Shown here piece by piece: positions 18,326 through 28,626 of a stretch of 64,000 bases of DNA. Positions within the stretch are counted from its first letter, which is position 1; each line of letters starts with the position of its first letter. Source of the stretch: Actinomycetes bacterium (GTDB lineage Bacteria; Actinomycetota; Actinomycetes; Prado026). A model generated the notes under the pieces. The model did not search any database. It was not told the origin of the DNA and saw only the letters and a program-made list of their open reading frames with translations. The stretch is taken from positions 16,909 to 80,908 of the forward strand of contig JBBSAJ010000010.1 of NCBI GenBank assembly GCA_038252405.1, in the 5' to 3' direction. The translations under genes were made by a program, and so were the position numbers.

Positions 18326-19171
18326 CTAGAGCCGGCAGGCGTGGATGTCGGTGACCAGGATCCCGCGGGCGCCGAGCTCCCACAGCTCGTCCATCAGCTT
18401 GTTGGTGTCCCGGCGCGGCACCATCGCCCGCACGGCCACCCAGCCGGACTCCCGCAGCGGCGAGATCGTCGGCGACTCGATCCCCGGCGTCAGGGCGCAG
18501 GCGGAGTCGACCAACTCGGCCCGGATGTCGTAGTCCATGAGCACGTAGGTGCGAGCCACGATCACGCCCTGCAAGCGGCGCACCAGCTGCTCCACCGCCG
18601 GGGTCGGCTCCGCGCCGGACCGACGGACGAGCAGCGCCTCGGAGTGCAGGATCGGCTCGCCGAAGACCGCCAGCCCGGCGTGCCGCAGCGTGGTCCCGGT
18701 CTCGACCACGTCGGCGATGACGTCAGCCACGCCCAAGGAGACCGAGGTCTCGACCGCGCCGTCCAGCCGGATCACCTCAGCCGCGACCCCGTGGTCGGCC
18801 AGGTGCTTGGCCACCAGGCCCGGGTAGGCCGTGGCCACCCGCAGCCCGGCGAGCTCCGCCACCCCGGTGGCGGTGCCGGTCGGTGCGGCGTACCGGAAGG
18901 TCGAGCCGGCGAAGCCCAGCGGCAACAGCTCGTCCGCCGCGGCGCCGCTGTCCAGCAGCAGGTCACGTCCGGTGACGCCGACGTCCAACCGCCCGGACCC
19001 GACGTAGACCGCGATGTCCCGCGGCCGCAGGAAGAAGAACTCGACCCCGTTGTCCGGGTCCTGCAGCACCAGCTCTCGGGCGTCCGATCGCTGCCGGTAG
19101 CCCGCCTCCCGCAGCATCTGCGAGGCCGGCTCGGCCAGCGACCCCTTGTTCGGCACGGCGATGCGCAGCAC
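18326..19171 (-). CDS. hisG: ATP phosphoribosyltransferase, long form
   Basis: [15 protein letters not shown]... aligns over the whole length with the long-form HisG including the C-terminal regulatory domain. GTG start at 19171. Confidence 0.9.
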   Translation of the reverse strand: MLRIAVPNKGSLAEPASQMLREAGYRQRSDARELVLQDPDNGVEFFFLRPRDIAVYVGSGRLDVGVTGRDLLLDSGAAADELLPLGFAGSTFRYAAPTGTATGVAELAGLRVATAYPGLVAKHLADHGVAAEVIRLDGAVETSVSLGVADVIADVVETGTTLRHAGLAVFGEPILHSEALLVRRSGAEPTPAVEQLVRRLQGVIVARTYVLMDYDIRAELVDSACALTPGIESPTISPLRESGWVAVRAMVPRRDTNKLMDELWELGARGILVTDIHACRL

Positions 19172-19173
19172 GG

Positions 19174-19437
19174 CTAGAGCCTCGCGTAGACGTCGTCGAG
19201 GGTGAGCCCGCAGGCGATCATGAGCACCTGAGCGTGGTAGAGCAGCTGGGCGATCTCCTCGGCCGCGCGCTCGGGGGACTCGTGCTCGGCGGCCATCCAC
19301 GCCTCGGCGGCCTCCTCGACCACCTTCTTGCCGATGGCGTGCACGCCGGCGTCCAGCGCGGCGACGGTCCCGGAGTTCTGCGGCCGGTACGCGACGCGCT
19401 CCTGGAGCTCGCCGTAGAGCTGCTCGAAGGTCTTCAC
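19174..19437 (-). CDS. hisE: phosphoribosyl-ATP pyrophosphatase
   Basis: 87-aa ORF. The GTG at 19437 overlaps the ribH TGA. Confidence 0.85.
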   Translation of the reverse strand: MKTFEQLYGELQERVAYRPQNSGTVAALDAGVHAIGKKVVEEAAEAWMAAEHESPERAAEEIAQLLYHAQVLMIACGLTLDDVYARL

Positions 19438-19910
19438 GGGGACAGCCTACGGAGCACCTGGGCGGTGGCCAGGGCCGCCTCGACCGCCTCGGCACCCTTG
19501 TCCTCCGACGAGCCGGGCAGCCCGGCCCGGTCCAGCGCCTGCTGCTCGTCGTCGCAGGTGAGCAGGCCGAACCCCACGGGGACGCCGGTGTCGAGCGCCA
19601 CCCGGGCCAACCCGTCCGTGGCGGCCGCGCAGACGTACTCGAAGTGTGGGGTGCCGCCCCGGATCACCACGCCCAGGGCGACGACCGCGTCGAACCCGGC
19701 CAGCGCCGCCGCACGGGCCACCACCGGCAGCTCGAACGAGCCGGGGACCCGCAGCAGCTCGGCCTGCCGGACCTCGGCCGCGTCCAGCGCCCGCTGCGCC
19801 CCGGCGACCAGCCCGGCCATCACCTGCTGGTGCCAGGACGCCGCCACGACGGCCACCCGCAGCCCCGCGGCGTCCAGCGGCGGCAGCGCCGGAGCACCCT
19901 TCCCGCTCAC
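19434..19910 (-). CDS. ribH: 6,7-dimethyl-8-ribityllumazine synthase
   Basis: [13 protein letters not shown]...GFGLLTCDD. The GTG at 19910 overlaps the ribBA TGA. Confidence 0.9.
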   Translation of the reverse strand: MSGKGAPALPPLDAAGLRVAVVAASWHQQVMAGLVAGAQRALDAAEVRQAELLRVPGSFELPVVARAAALAGFDAVVALGVVIRGGTPHFEYVCAAATDGLARVALDTGVPVGFGLLTCDDEQQALDRAGLPGSSEDKGAEAVEAALATAQVLRRLSP

Positions 19911-21154
19911 TGGGCGTCCCCCTCCACGAGCAGGTGCAGCGGCAGGTCGTGACCCATCCGGTCCCGCTTGGTCTCCAGGTAGCGCAGGTTGTGCGCCGTG
20001 GCGTTCACCGGCAGCGCCACCCGGCCGAGCACGGTGAGCCCGTAGCCCTCGAGGCCGGCCCGCTTGTCCGGGTTGTTGGTGAGCAGCCGCATCGAGCGCA
20101 CCCCCAGGTCGGCCAGGATCTGCGCGCCGGTGCCGTAGTCGCGGGCATCCGCGGGCAGGCCCAGCTCGAGGTTCGCATCGACCGTGTCGGCTCCGGCGTC
20201 CTGCAGCTGGTAGGCCTGCAGCTTGTGCACCAGGCCGATCCCGCGGCCTTCGTGCCCGCGCACGTACAGGACCACCCCACGGCCCTCCTCGGCCACCGCC
20301 TCGAGGCTGGCCTCCAGCTGCGGCCCGCAGTCGCAGCGCAGCGAGCCCATGACGTCGCCGGTGAGGCACTCCGAGTGCACCCGGACCAGCACGTCCTCCC
20401 CGTCACCGAGGTCACCTCGGACCAGGGCCACGTGCTCGACGCCGTCCAGCGTGCTCAGGTAGCCGACCGCGTGGAAGTCCCCGTGCCGGGTGGGCAGCGT
20501 CGTCTCGGCGGCCCGCAGCACGGTCCGCTCGGTGCGCCGCCGGTAGGTGATCAGGTCCGCGATGGAGATCATCGCGAGCTCGTGCTCGTCGGCGAACTCG
20601 CGCAGCTGCGGCGCCCGCATCATCGAGCCGTCGTCGTGCACGATCTCGCAGATCACCCCGGCCGGGGTGAGCCCGGCCAGCCGGGCCAGGTCGACCGCCG
20701 CCTCGGTGTGCCCGGGGCGGCGCAGCACCCCGCCGTCCAGCGCGCGCAGCGGGAAGACGTGGCCCGGCCGGGTGAGCTCGTACGGCTCGGTGGCCGAGTC
20801 GACCAGCACCCGGATGGTGCGGGCCCGGTCCTGAGCGGAGATGCCCGTGGTGGTGCCGTCCCGCGCGTCGACGCTCACCGAGTACGCGGTCTGCTTGCGG
20901 TCCTCGTTCACCGCCGTCATGGGCGGCAGCTTCAGCCGGTCCAGCTCGCGGCCCTCCAGCGGCACGCAGATCACGCCGGATGTGTGCCGGATCATGAAGC
21001 CGACCAGCTCGGGGGTCGCGCGGGACGCCGCGAAGACCAGGTCACCCTCGTTCTCGCGGTCCTCGTCGTCGACGACCACGACGGCCCGACCGGCCTGGAT
21101 CTCGGCGATCGCCCGCTCGACCCGGTCCAGCCGGACCCCCTCCGCCGCGCTCAT
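19907..21154 (-). CDS. ribBA: bifunctional 3,4-dihydroxy-2-butanone-4-phosphate synthase / GTP cyclohydrolase II
   Basis: DHBP synthase N-terminal half and GCHII C-terminal half (CDCG zinc motif). The ATG at 21154 overlaps the ribE stop (ATGA). Confidence 0.9.
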   Translation of the reverse strand: MSAAEGVRLDRVERAIAEIQAGRAVVVVDDEDRENEGDLVFAASRATPELVGFMIRHTSGVICVPLEGRELDRLKLPPMTAVNEDRKQTAYSVSVDARDGTTTGISAQDRARTIRVLVDSATEPYELTRPGHVFPLRALDGGVLRRPGHTEAAVDLARLAGLTPAGVICEIVHDDGSMMRAPQLREFADEHELAMISIADLITYRRRTERTVLRAAETTLPTRHGDFHAVGYLSTLDGVEHVALVRGDLGDGEDVLVRVHSECLTGDVMGSLRCDCGPQLEASLEAVAEEGRGVVLYVRGHEGRGIGLVHKLQAYQLQDAGADTVDANLELGLPADARDYGTGAQILADLGVRSMRLLTNNPDKRAGLEGYGLTVLGRVALPVNATAHNLRYLETKRDRMGHDLPLHLLVEGDAQ

Positions 21155-21771
21155 GCGTGCTCCTCCTCGCGGCGATCGCTGGCTGTGGTGCCGAGCAGCT
21201 TCTCCACGTACTTCGCCACCACGTCCACCTCGAGGTTCACCGGGTCGCCCGGCTGCTTGCCACCGAGCGTGGTGAGGTCCAGCGTCGTGGGGATCAGGCT
21301 CACCGTGAACCACTCCGGTCCGACCTCGACGACGGTCAGGGACACCCCGTCGACGGCGATCGAGCCCTTCGCCACGACGTACCGGGACAGCTCGGGCGGC
21401 AGCGCGATCCGCAGGATCTCCCAGTGGCGGCCGGGGACCCGCTCGAGCAGCTCGCCGGTGCCGTCGACGTGGCCCTGCACCAGGTGGCCGCCGAGCCGGG
21501 CGGCCAGCGTCACCGGCCGCTCCAGGTTGACCGAGCTGCCCTCCTCCAGCGCGCCGAGGCTGCTCCGGGCCAGCGTCTCGCGCATCACGTCGGCGGTGAA
21601 CACCCCGCTCGCGGTGTCCACCACGGTGAGGCACACCCCGTTGACCGCGATCGAGTCGCCGGGACCTGCGTCCGAGGTGACGAGCGGGCCGCGGACGGTG
21701 AGCCGGGCCGCATCACCGAGGTCGACGATCTCGACGACCTCCCCGAGCTCCTCGACGATGCCGGTGAACAT
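21151..21771 (-). CDS. ribE: riboflavin synthase alpha subunit
   Basis: [12 protein letters not shown]..., two lumazine-binding repeats. Confidence 0.9.
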   Translation of the reverse strand: MFTGIVEELGEVVEIVDLGDAARLTVRGPLVTSDAGPGDSIAVNGVCLTVVDTASGVFTADVMRETLARSSLGALEEGSSVNLERPVTLAARLGGHLVQGHVDGTGELLERVPGRHWEILRIALPPELSRYVVAKGSIAVDGVSLTVVEVGPEWFTVSLIPTTLDLTTLGGKQPGDPVNLEVDVVAKYVEKLLGTTASDRREEEHA

Positions 21772-21773
21772 GG

Positions 21774-22826
21774 CTAGTGGCCTCCTGGGTCGACGGACGG
21801 AACGGAGCTGGGGCGGACCGGACGCGCGGTGACCCGCAGGTCCGGGCCGAGGGCGGTGACGTCCTCCACCTGCAGCCGCAGCGCCTGCGCGATCGTGGCG
21901 ACGCCGGCGTCGCCGAGGGCGGCCGGTCCGGCGCCCAGCAGCACCGGCGCCAGGTACGCCACCACCCGGTCCACGAGCCCGGCCCGCAGGAAGGCGCCGG
22001 CCAGCGTGGGGCCGCCCTCGAGCAGGGCGTGCTGGACGTCGCGGTCGTGCAGGTCGGCCAGGACGGCGGCCAGGTCATGGGTCGGGTAGACGACGGTCGG
22101 CGCGGAGCCGTCCTGCAGCCGGGCGCCCTCCAGCAGCGGCCGCCGGCCCACCACCACGCGCAGCGGCTGGTGCCCGGCCGGGTGGCCGGCGGCGTCGCGG
22201 ACGGTCAGCTGCGGGTCGTCGGCCAGCGCGGTGCCGGTGCCGACGAGGACGGCGTCGACCCGGGCCCGAAGCGCGTGCACGTCGGCCCTGGCCGGCTCGG
22301 AGGTGATCCACCGGCTGCTGCCGTCGGCCGCGGCGCTGCGGCCGTCCAGGCTGGCCGCGAGCTTCCAGGTGACGAACGGGCGGCCGTGGGCCAGCGCGAA
22401 GGTCCAGGTCTCGTTGAGCGCGGCGGCCCGCGCCGACAGCAGCCCGCCCTCGACGTCGACCCCGGCCGCGCGCAGGGCGGCGGCCCCGCCGGACGCGACC
22501 GGGTGGGTGTCGGCCTGGGCGAAGACCACCCGACGGACCCCGGCGGCCAGCAGCGCCTGCGCACACGGGCCGGTGCGGCCGGTGTGGTTGCACGGCTCGA
22601 GGGTGACCACCGCGGTGCTGCCGGCGGCCGCCGACCCGGCCCGCGCTAGCGCGTCGACCTCGGCGTGCGGGGTGCCGGCACCACGGTGGTAGCCGGTGGC
22701 CAGCACCGTGCCGTCCGGGCCCAGCAGCACGCAGCCGACCCGGGGGTTGGGCCCGGTCGGGACACCCGCGGTGTCGGCCAGCTCGAGGGCGCGCAGCATC
22801 GCGGCGCGCTCGTGCTCGGTGGCCAC
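21774..22826 (-). CDS. ribD: bifunctional diaminohydroxyphosphoribosylaminopyrimidine deaminase / 5-amino-6-(5-phosphoribosylamino)uracil reductase
   Basis: Deaminase HAEV..PCNH motif plus a reductase domain. GTG at 22826 is preceded by GGAAGGGGA. Confidence 0.85.
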   Translation of the reverse strand: MATEHERAAMLRALELADTAGVPTGPNPRVGCVLLGPDGTVLATGYHRGAGTPHAEVDALARAGSAAAGSTAVVTLEPCNHTGRTGPCAQALLAAGVRRVVFAQADTHPVASGGAAALRAAGVDVEGGLLSARAAALNETWTFALAHGRPFVTWKLAASLDGRSAAADGSSRWITSEPARADVHALRARVDAVLVGTGTALADDPQLTVRDAAGHPAGHQPLRVVVGRRPLLEGARLQDGSAPTVVYPTHDLAAVLADLHDRDVQHALLEGGPTLAGAFLRAGLVDRVVAYLAPVLLGAGPAALGDAGVATIAQALRLQVEDVTALGPDLRVTARPVRPSSVPSVDPGGH

Positions 22827-22939
22827 CTGGTCCCCTTCCCGCTCGGGCGGACTCCGGGGGACACGGGACGCGGCCGGGGCGGTGCGTCGCCGACGGACGG
22901 CGGCGCGGGACGACCCGGTACGGTTCCCGCCGCGTGCAC

Positions 22940-23058
22940 CTCCCATCCGGACTCTCACCGTCGGTCCCGGAGTTCCACCGGGTCAACCGGCCGATGGCTT
23001 CGGCCGGGTCGCGGACTGTCACCGCCGGTTCGGACTTTCACCGACCCCGGAGCACGCT
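22940..23058 (-). ncRNA. FMN riboswitch (RFN element) aptamer in the ribD leader
   Basis: The minus strand reads gcuccggggucggugaaaguccgaaccggcggugacaguccgcgaccc...gguugacccgguggaacuccgggaccgacggugagaguccggaugggag. This matches the conserved RFN segments (GUGAAAGUCC, ACCGGCGGU, AGUCCGCGA, GGUGGAACUCCGGGACCGACGGU, AGUCCGGAUGGGAG). Confidence 0.8.
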
Positions 23059-23078
23059 GCTGTTACGCGCCGGCCACT

Positions 23079-23753
23079 CTACCCGCGCTGGACGGCGGCG
23101 GCCTCGGCCGTGGCCCGCAGCGCGGCCACGACGGCGGCCGGGTCGTCGGAGGTGTAGACGGCCGAGCCGGCGACGAGCACGTCCGCGCCGGCCTCGGCGC
23201 AGCGGGCCGCCGTCTCCAGCGACACGCCGCCGTCCACCTGCAGCCACACCGAACCGCCGTGGCGGCCGATCATCTCGCGGGCCCGGCGCACCTTGGGCAG
23301 CACGACGTCGAGGAACCGCTGGCCGCCGAAGCCCGGCTCGACGGTCATGAGCAGCAGCATGTCCAGCTCGGGCAGCAGGTCCTCGTAGGGCTCGACCGGC
23401 GTGGCCGGCTTGAGCGCCATGCCGGCCCGGGCGCCGGCGGACCGCAGCGCCCTGGCCAGCCGCACCGGTGCCCTGGCGGCCTCCACGTGGAAGGTCACCG
23501 AGCCGGCGCCGGCCTCGGCGTACGCCGGCGCCCACCGGTCCGGGTCGTCGATCATCAGATGGCAGTCGACCGGCAGCGTGGTGGCAGCCAGCAGGCTCTG
23601 CACGACCGGCAGTCCCAGGGTCAGGTTGGGCACGAAGTGGTTGTCCATCACGTCGACGTGCAGCCAGTCGGCGCTGCCCTCGACCCTGGCGACCTCGTCG
23701 GCCAGCCGGGCGAAGTCGGCGTTGAGGATGCTCGGCGCGATCTGAATGCCCAC
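23079..23753 (-). CDS. rpe: ribulose-phosphate 3-epimerase
   Basis: [12 protein letters not shown]...[17 protein letters not shown] at 23753 is preferred over the upstream ATG at 23804. Confidence 0.8.
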   Translation of the reverse strand: MGIQIAPSILNADFARLADEVARVEGSADWLHVDVMDNHFVPNLTLGLPVVQSLLAATTLPVDCHLMIDDPDRWAPAYAEAGAGSVTFHVEAARAPVRLARALRSAGARAGMALKPATPVEPYEDLLPELDMLLLMTVEPGFGGQRFLDVVLPKVRRAREMIGRHGGSVWLQVDGGVSLETAARCAEAGADVLVAGSAVYTSDDPAAVVAALRATAEAAAVQRG

Positions 23754-23896
23754 CGCGGCAGGGTATCGGGCGGCCCGCGGGGTCCCGGCCCCGAGTGCGG
23801 ACACGCAGGGTGATCACCCGTTTGGAGCAGGGGGCTGGGACGCACTGCCACGTCACACCGTGGGGATCACATCGCTTCCGGGGGGAGGACAGCCTC

Positions 23897-25087
23897 GTGC
23901 TCCAGCGCGGCTACGGCTGGTTGGTCCAGGTGCGAGCACGCGATCGCGGGCTGCGCCGGCGCGGCCGGGTGCTCGTCACCATGGTCGCGGGGCTGATGCT
24001 GGCCGCTGCGCTGTACCTGCCGGTGGCCCTGATCCGCCCCGACCCGGTGGCGAGCGCCGAGGCGATCTCGATCGCGACGGTCGCAGCCGGCGGCATCGTG
24101 GCCCTGATCCGGCGCGGGCGGGTGGAGCTGGGCAGCTGGCTGGTGCTGCTCATGTTCGCCGTCGTCCTGGTCACCTCGGTGACCGCCACCGGCAAGGTCG
24201 ACAACGCGCCGGTGTTCGTGGCTCTGCTCATCAGCATGGCCGGCGCCACCCTCGGCGTCCGGCACGTGGTGGGCGCACTGCTGGGCAGCCTGGCCATCCT
24301 GGCCCTGCTGTACGAGGTCAACCGCGGCGCGACGATCACCGAGGTCAGCGTCCACTCGTTGGTGCTCTACGCCGGGCTGATGTGCGTGTTCACCGCGGTG
24401 GTGGCCGGCCTCACGGCGTACGCCGTTCGGGAGTCCTTCGCCGAGGCGGACGCCGAGCGGCTGCGGTCGGCCCAGCTCACGTCGGACCTGCGGGCCGTGA
24501 ACGCCGATCTGGAGGAGCGGGTCGAGTGGCGCACGGCGGAGCTGCAGTCGGCGCTGGCCACCCAGACGGCGCTGGCCCGGCGGCTGGCCGAGCTGTCCCT
24601 GCGGGACCCGCTCACCGGCCTGCACAACCGGCGGCACCTGGACGCCGAGGTGGTGCGGATGTTCGAGGAGGCGGTGCGCTACGAACGGCCGATCAGCGTG
24701 GTGCTGCTCGACCTCGACGACTTCAAGCTGGTCAACGACCACTTCGGCCACGAGGCGGGCGACGAGGTGCTGCGCCGGGTGGCCCGGATCCTGGTGGACG
24801 GCACCCGGGGCGCCGACCTGGTGGCCCGCTACGGCGGCGAGGAGCTGGCCATCGTGCTGCCGAACACCGAGGCGGAGGCGGCCGCCGAGCTGTGCGAGCG
24901 GATCCGCGAACGGGTGGCCGCCGAGCCGTGGCACGAGGTCCGCCCCGGAGCGCAGGTGACCGTGAGCATCGGAGTCGCCGACGACGCCGGCCACGACACG
25001 GTCTGGCACGTGTTCCGGGAGGCCGACCGCCGGCTGTACGCGGCGAAGGCGGCCGGCAAGAACCGGGTGGCCGCGCGGTCAGCCTGA
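23897..25087 (+). CDS. diguanylate cyclase (GGDEF) with N-terminal 6-TM domain
   Basis: GTG at 23897 after GGGGGAGGA. The A-site reads RYGGEEL (GGEEL variant), and an RGAD I-site sits 5 residues upstream. Confidence 0.8.
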   Translation: MLQRGYGWLVQVRARDRGLRRRGRVLVTMVAGLMLAAALYLPVALIRPDPVASAEAISIATVAAGGIVALIRRGRVELGSWLVLLMFAVVLVTSVTATGKVDNAPVFVALLISMAGATLGVRHVVGALLGSLAILALLYEVNRGATITEVSVHSLVLYAGLMCVFTAVVAGLTAYAVRESFAEADAERLRSAQLTSDLRAVNADLEERVEWRTAELQSALATQTALARRLAELSLRDPLTGLHNRRHLDAEVVRMFEEAVRYERPISVVLLDLDDFKLVNDHFGHEAGDEVLRRVARILVDGTRGADLVARYGGEELAIVLPNTEAEAAAELCERIRERVAAEPWHEVRPGAQVTVSIGVADDAGHDTVWHVFREADRRLYAAKAAGKNRVAARSA

Positions 25088-26446
25088 GCGACGGCGCAGC
25101 AGCGCCAGGTACATCGCGTCGGTGCCGTGCCGGTGCGGCCACAGCTGCACGTCCGGCCCGGGGCCGAGATCGGGCAGCCCGTCGAGCAGCGGCCGGGCGT
25201 CGACCCGCTCGGCGTCTCCCCGGCCGGCCAGCACGTCGGCCACGACCAGCTTGGTCTCGGCCAGGTGCGGCGAGCAGGTGACGTAGGCGACCAGCCCGCC
25301 CGGCCGGGCGGCGTCCAGCGCCGAGGACAGCAGACCACGCTGCAGCGGGGCCAGCCGGGCCAGGTCGGCGGGCTTGCGCCGCCAGCGGCTCTCCGGGCGG
25401 CGGCGCAGCGCCCCCAGCCCGGTGCACGGGACGTCGGCCAGCACCCGGTCGAAGCTGCCGGCGGTCCAGGCCGGGTGCAGCCCGTCCGCGACGACGACCG
25501 CCGCGGTCCCCCCCACCGCCGTGACGACCAGCCTGGCCCGGTGCGGCTGCCGCTCGACCGCGAGCAGGGCGCCGCCGCGTGCGACGGCCAGCGCGCCCAG
25601 CAGGGCCGCCTTGCCGCCAGGCCCGGCGCACAGGTCCAGCCAGCGACGGTCCGGCCCGTCGTCCGAGGCCGCGTCGGCCAGCGCGGTGGCCATCAGCTGG
25701 CTGCCCTCGTCCTGGACGCCGGCGCGGCCGTCGCGCACCGGGGCCAGCGCGGCCGGGTCGCCGCCCGGCCACCGGGCCGCGAACCGCGACCAGCGGCCCG
25801 GCTCGGCGCCGAGCTCGATGAGCTCCTCGACCGGGCATCGCCGGGCCACCAGGGTCACCACCGGCCGCTCGTTGTCCGCGGCCAGCAGGGCAGCGGTCTC
25901 CTCGAGCGAGCCGCCCAGTGCGTCCCGGAAGGCGTCCACCACCCAGCGGGGGTGGGAGTGCACGATGCTCAGGTGGCCCACCGGGTCGCTGTCGTAGGGC
26001 GGCGCGACGAGGGCCAGCCAGGATGCGAGGTCCCGCTCGGTCACCCGCCGCAGGACGGCGTTGACGAACTTGGCCCGGCCGTCGCCCACGACGGCCCTGG
26101 CCAGCTCGACGGTGGCCCCGACGGCGGCGTGTGACGGGGTGCGCATCGACAACAGCTGGTGCGCCCCCATCCGAAGCAGGTCGAGCACCGGCGGGTCGAC
26201 GGCGTCCAGGCCCCGGTCGGTGCCGGCGGCGATGACGGCGTCGTAGCTGCCGCGGCCGCGCAGCGTGCCGTAGGCCAGCTCGGTGGCGAAGGCCGCGTCC
26301 CGGGTGTCCAGCCGGCGCTCCCGGATCAGCGCGGGCAGCGCGAGGTTGGCGTAGGCGTCCCGCTCGTCGACGGCGCGCAGCAGGTCGAATGCGGTCCGGC
26401 GGGCGGCGTCCGGCCGCGGCCGGCGGTAGCGCTGGACTGGAGTCAC
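25079..26446 (-). CDS. rsmB: 16S rRNA (cytosine967-C5)-methyltransferase
   Basis: NusB-like N-domain plus SAM methyltransferase with DLCAGPGGK and TCS motifs. GTG at 26446. Confidence 0.8.
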   Translation of the reverse strand: MTPVQRYRRPRPDAARRTAFDLLRAVDERDAYANLALPALIRERRLDTRDAAFATELAYGTLRGRGSYDAVIAAGTDRGLDAVDPPVLDLLRMGAHQLLSMRTPSHAAVGATVELARAVVGDGRAKFVNAVLRRVTERDLASWLALVAPPYDSDPVGHLSIVHSHPRWVVDAFRDALGGSLEETAALLAADNERPVVTLVARRCPVEELIELGAEPGRWSRFAARWPGGDPAALAPVRDGRAGVQDEGSQLMATALADAASDDGPDRRWLDLCAGPGGKAALLGALAVARGGALLAVERQPHRARLVVTAVGGTAAVVVADGLHPAWTAGSFDRVLADVPCTGLGALRRRPESRWRRKPADLARLAPLQRGLLSSALDAARPGGLVAYVTCSPHLAETKLVVADVLAGRGDAERVDARPLLDGLPDLGPGPDVQLWPHRHGTDAMYLALLRRRSG

Positions 26447-26453
26447 CGCTGGC

Positions 26454-27380
26454 TCACGGCTCGAACCGCTCCCCCGGCGCGGTCCGCACCCCGCGGGCCC
26501 AGTCGGCCGCCGGCATGGCCCGCTTGCCCTGCGGCCGCACCTCGCCCAGCCGGACGGCGCTGCTGCCGGTGCCCACGTGCACCCCGGTCCGGTCCACCGC
26601 CAGCTCGCCGGGGGCCAGCCCTCGGTCGGCGTCCAGCTGCACCGGCCCGAGCCGCAGCCGCTCCCCGCGGAACGTCGTCCAGGCCCCGGGCGCCGGGGTG
26701 CACGAGCGCACCTGCCGGTCCACCGCGAGCGAGGGCACCGACCAGTCCACCCGGGCGTCGTCCACGGTGACCTTCGGCGCCAGCGAGACGTCGTCCGGCG
26801 ACTGCGGCACCGGGCGCAGCTCGCCGTCCTCGATGCCGTCGAGGGTGGCCACGAGCAACCGGGCGCCGCCCTGCGCCAGCCGCTCCAGCAGGTCGCCCGT
26901 CGTGTCGGTCGGGCGGATCTGCTCGGTGACCACGCCGAACACCGGACCGGTGTCCAGGCCCTCCTCGAGCAGGAAGGTGGCGGCGCCGGTGAAGTCGTCG
27001 CCGTGTCGGATGGCGTGCTGCACCGGGGCGGCCCCACGCCAGGCCGGGAGCAGCGCGAAGTGCAGGTTCACCCAGCCGAACCGCGGGATGTCCAGCGCGG
27101 CCCTCGGGATCAGCCCGCCGTAGGCGACGATCGGGCAGGCGTCCGGGGCGAGCTCGGCCAGCCGGGCCAGGAACGCGGGGTCGCTGGGGCGCGGCGGCTT
27201 GAGCACCTCGAGCCCGGCGTCGGCGGCCAGCTCGGCGACCGGGGACGCCGCGAGCCGGCGGCCCCGACCGGCCGGCGCGTCCGGCCGGGTGAGCACCGCG
27301 ACCACCTCGTGCCGGGAGTCCAGCAGCGCCCGCAGCGACGGCAGCGCCGGCTCGGGGGTGCCGGCGAAGACGAGGCGCAC
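26454..27380 (-). CDS. fmt: methionyl-tRNA formyltransferase
   Basis: [10 protein letters not shown]...[18 protein letters not shown] at 27380 abuts the def stop. Confidence 0.9.
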   Translation of the reverse strand: MRLVFAGTPEPALPSLRALLDSRHEVVAVLTRPDAPAGRGRRLAASPVAELAADAGLEVLKPPRPSDPAFLARLAELAPDACPIVAYGGLIPRAALDIPRFGWVNLHFALLPAWRGAAPVQHAIRHGDDFTGAATFLLEEGLDTGPVFGVVTEQIRPTDTTGDLLERLAQGGARLLVATLDGIEDGELRPVPQSPDDVSLAPKVTVDDARVDWSVPSLAVDRQVRSCTPAPGAWTTFRGERLRLGPVQLDADRGLAPGELAVDRTGVHVGTGSSAVRLGEVRPQGKRAMPAADWARGVRTAPGERFEP

Positions 27381-27926
27381 CTACCGGGCCGTGCCGTGCG
27401 TGGCGTGCGGACTGACCCGGACCTGGGGCGCGCCGTCGCCGAACCACTCGGCCTCGCGGATCGCGCGCAGCGCGGCCTTGCGGGTCTCACGGTCCAGCCG
27501 GTCGACGAACAAGATGCCGTCGAGGTGGTCGGTCTCGTGCTGGACGCAGCGGGCCAGCAGCTCGGTGCCCTCGACGGTCACCGGGTCGCCGTACTGGTTG
27601 AACCCCTTGGCGACGACGCCGTAGGCGCGCACGGTGGGGAAGGACAGCCCCGGCAGCGACAGGCAGCCCTCGTCGCCGTCCTGCTCGTCGTCGGTGAGGT
27701 CCAGGGTGGGGTTGACCAGGTGGCCCACCTCGTCGTCCACGGCATAGGTGAACACCCGCAGCGACACCCCGAGCTGGGGGGCGGCCAGGCCGACACCGGG
27801 GGCCTCGAGCATGGTGTCCATGAGGTCGCGCACCAGGGTGCGCAGCTCCTTGTCGAAGTCCACCACGGGCGCCGCGGGGGTGCGCAGCACCGGGTCGCCG
27901 AACAGGCGGATGGACTGGACGGCCAC
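27381..27926 (-). CDS. def: peptide deformylase
   Basis: GVGLAAPQLG, EGCLS and HETDH motifs. Confidence 0.9.
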   Translation of the reverse strand: MAVQSIRLFGDPVLRTPAAPVVDFDKELRTLVRDLMDTMLEAPGVGLAAPQLGVSLRVFTYAVDDEVGHLVNPTLDLTDDEQDGDEGCLSLPGLSFPTVRAYGVVAKGFNQYGDPVTVEGTELLARCVQHETDHLDGILFVDRLDRETRKAALRAIREAEWFGDGAPQVRVSPHATHGTAR

Positions 27927-27968
27927 GGGTCTCCCGTCTGGGACTGCTGGGGGCGGACGGCGACCAGT

Positions 27969-28607
27969 CTACGGGCGGGGCGCCGGGACCGGCGGCCCGA
28001 GCAGCCCCAGGCCGGTGAGGTCGCGGGCCAGCCGGTCCGGGCCGGTGAACAGGACACCGGTGAGCCCAAGCGATCGGGCCGTGCCGACGGTGTCGGCCCG
28101 GTCGTCGATGTACACGCTGGTCGCCGGGTCGACCCGGTGCCGCTCGAGCAGCAGCCGGAACAGCGCCGGGTCGGGCTTGGCCAGGCCGTGCTCCCCGGAC
28201 ACCACAACCGCCTCGAAGCGTTGCAGCGAGGCGTACCTCCGCCGCGCCTCGGGGAACGTCTCGGCCGACCAGTTGGTCAGCGCGAGCAGCCGCAGGCCAC
28301 GCTCCTCGAGCCGGTCGAGGACCTCGACGGTGCCGGCGATCTCCCCGGCCAGCATGTCCTGCCAGCGGTCGTGCCAGGCCCGGATCAGCGCCTCGAGGTC
28401 CGGGTGCCGGGCGACCAGCTCGGCCACCGCGTCGGCCCGCGGCCGGCCGGCGTCCATGGTGTGGTTCCAGTCCGGCGAGGCGACCTCTGCCAGGAACCAC
28501 TCCATCCGCTGCTCGTCGCCGTCGAACAGGTCCCGGTACAGGTGCCGGGGGTCCCAGTCGAGCAGGACGCCGCCGATGTCGAACACGACCGTGTCGTAGC
28601 CGCTCAC
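27969..28607 (-). CDS. HAD-superfamily hydrolase
   Basis: VVFDIGGVL (motif I DxG) and YIDDR (motif IV). GTG at 28607. Confidence 0.65.
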   Translation of the reverse strand: MSGYDTVVFDIGGVLLDWDPRHLYRDLFDGDEQRMEWFLAEVASPDWNHTMDAGRPRADAVAELVARHPDLEALIRAWHDRWQDMLAGEIAGTVEVLDRLEERGLRLLALTNWSAETFPEARRRYASLQRFEAVVVSGEHGLAKPDPALFRLLLERHRVDPATSVYIDDRADTVGTARSLGLTGVLFTGPDRLARDLTGLGLLGPPVPAPRP

Positions 28608-28626
28608 CCGCGCAGTGTCCCAGCCG

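Noticed and set aside
23753-23804. Upstream ATG (23804) as the rpe start
   Set aside because: The conserved Rpe N-terminus ([12 protein letters not shown]) begins right after GTG 23753. The 17 extra residues overlap the divergent DGC leader. This is uncertain and is noted in the feature.
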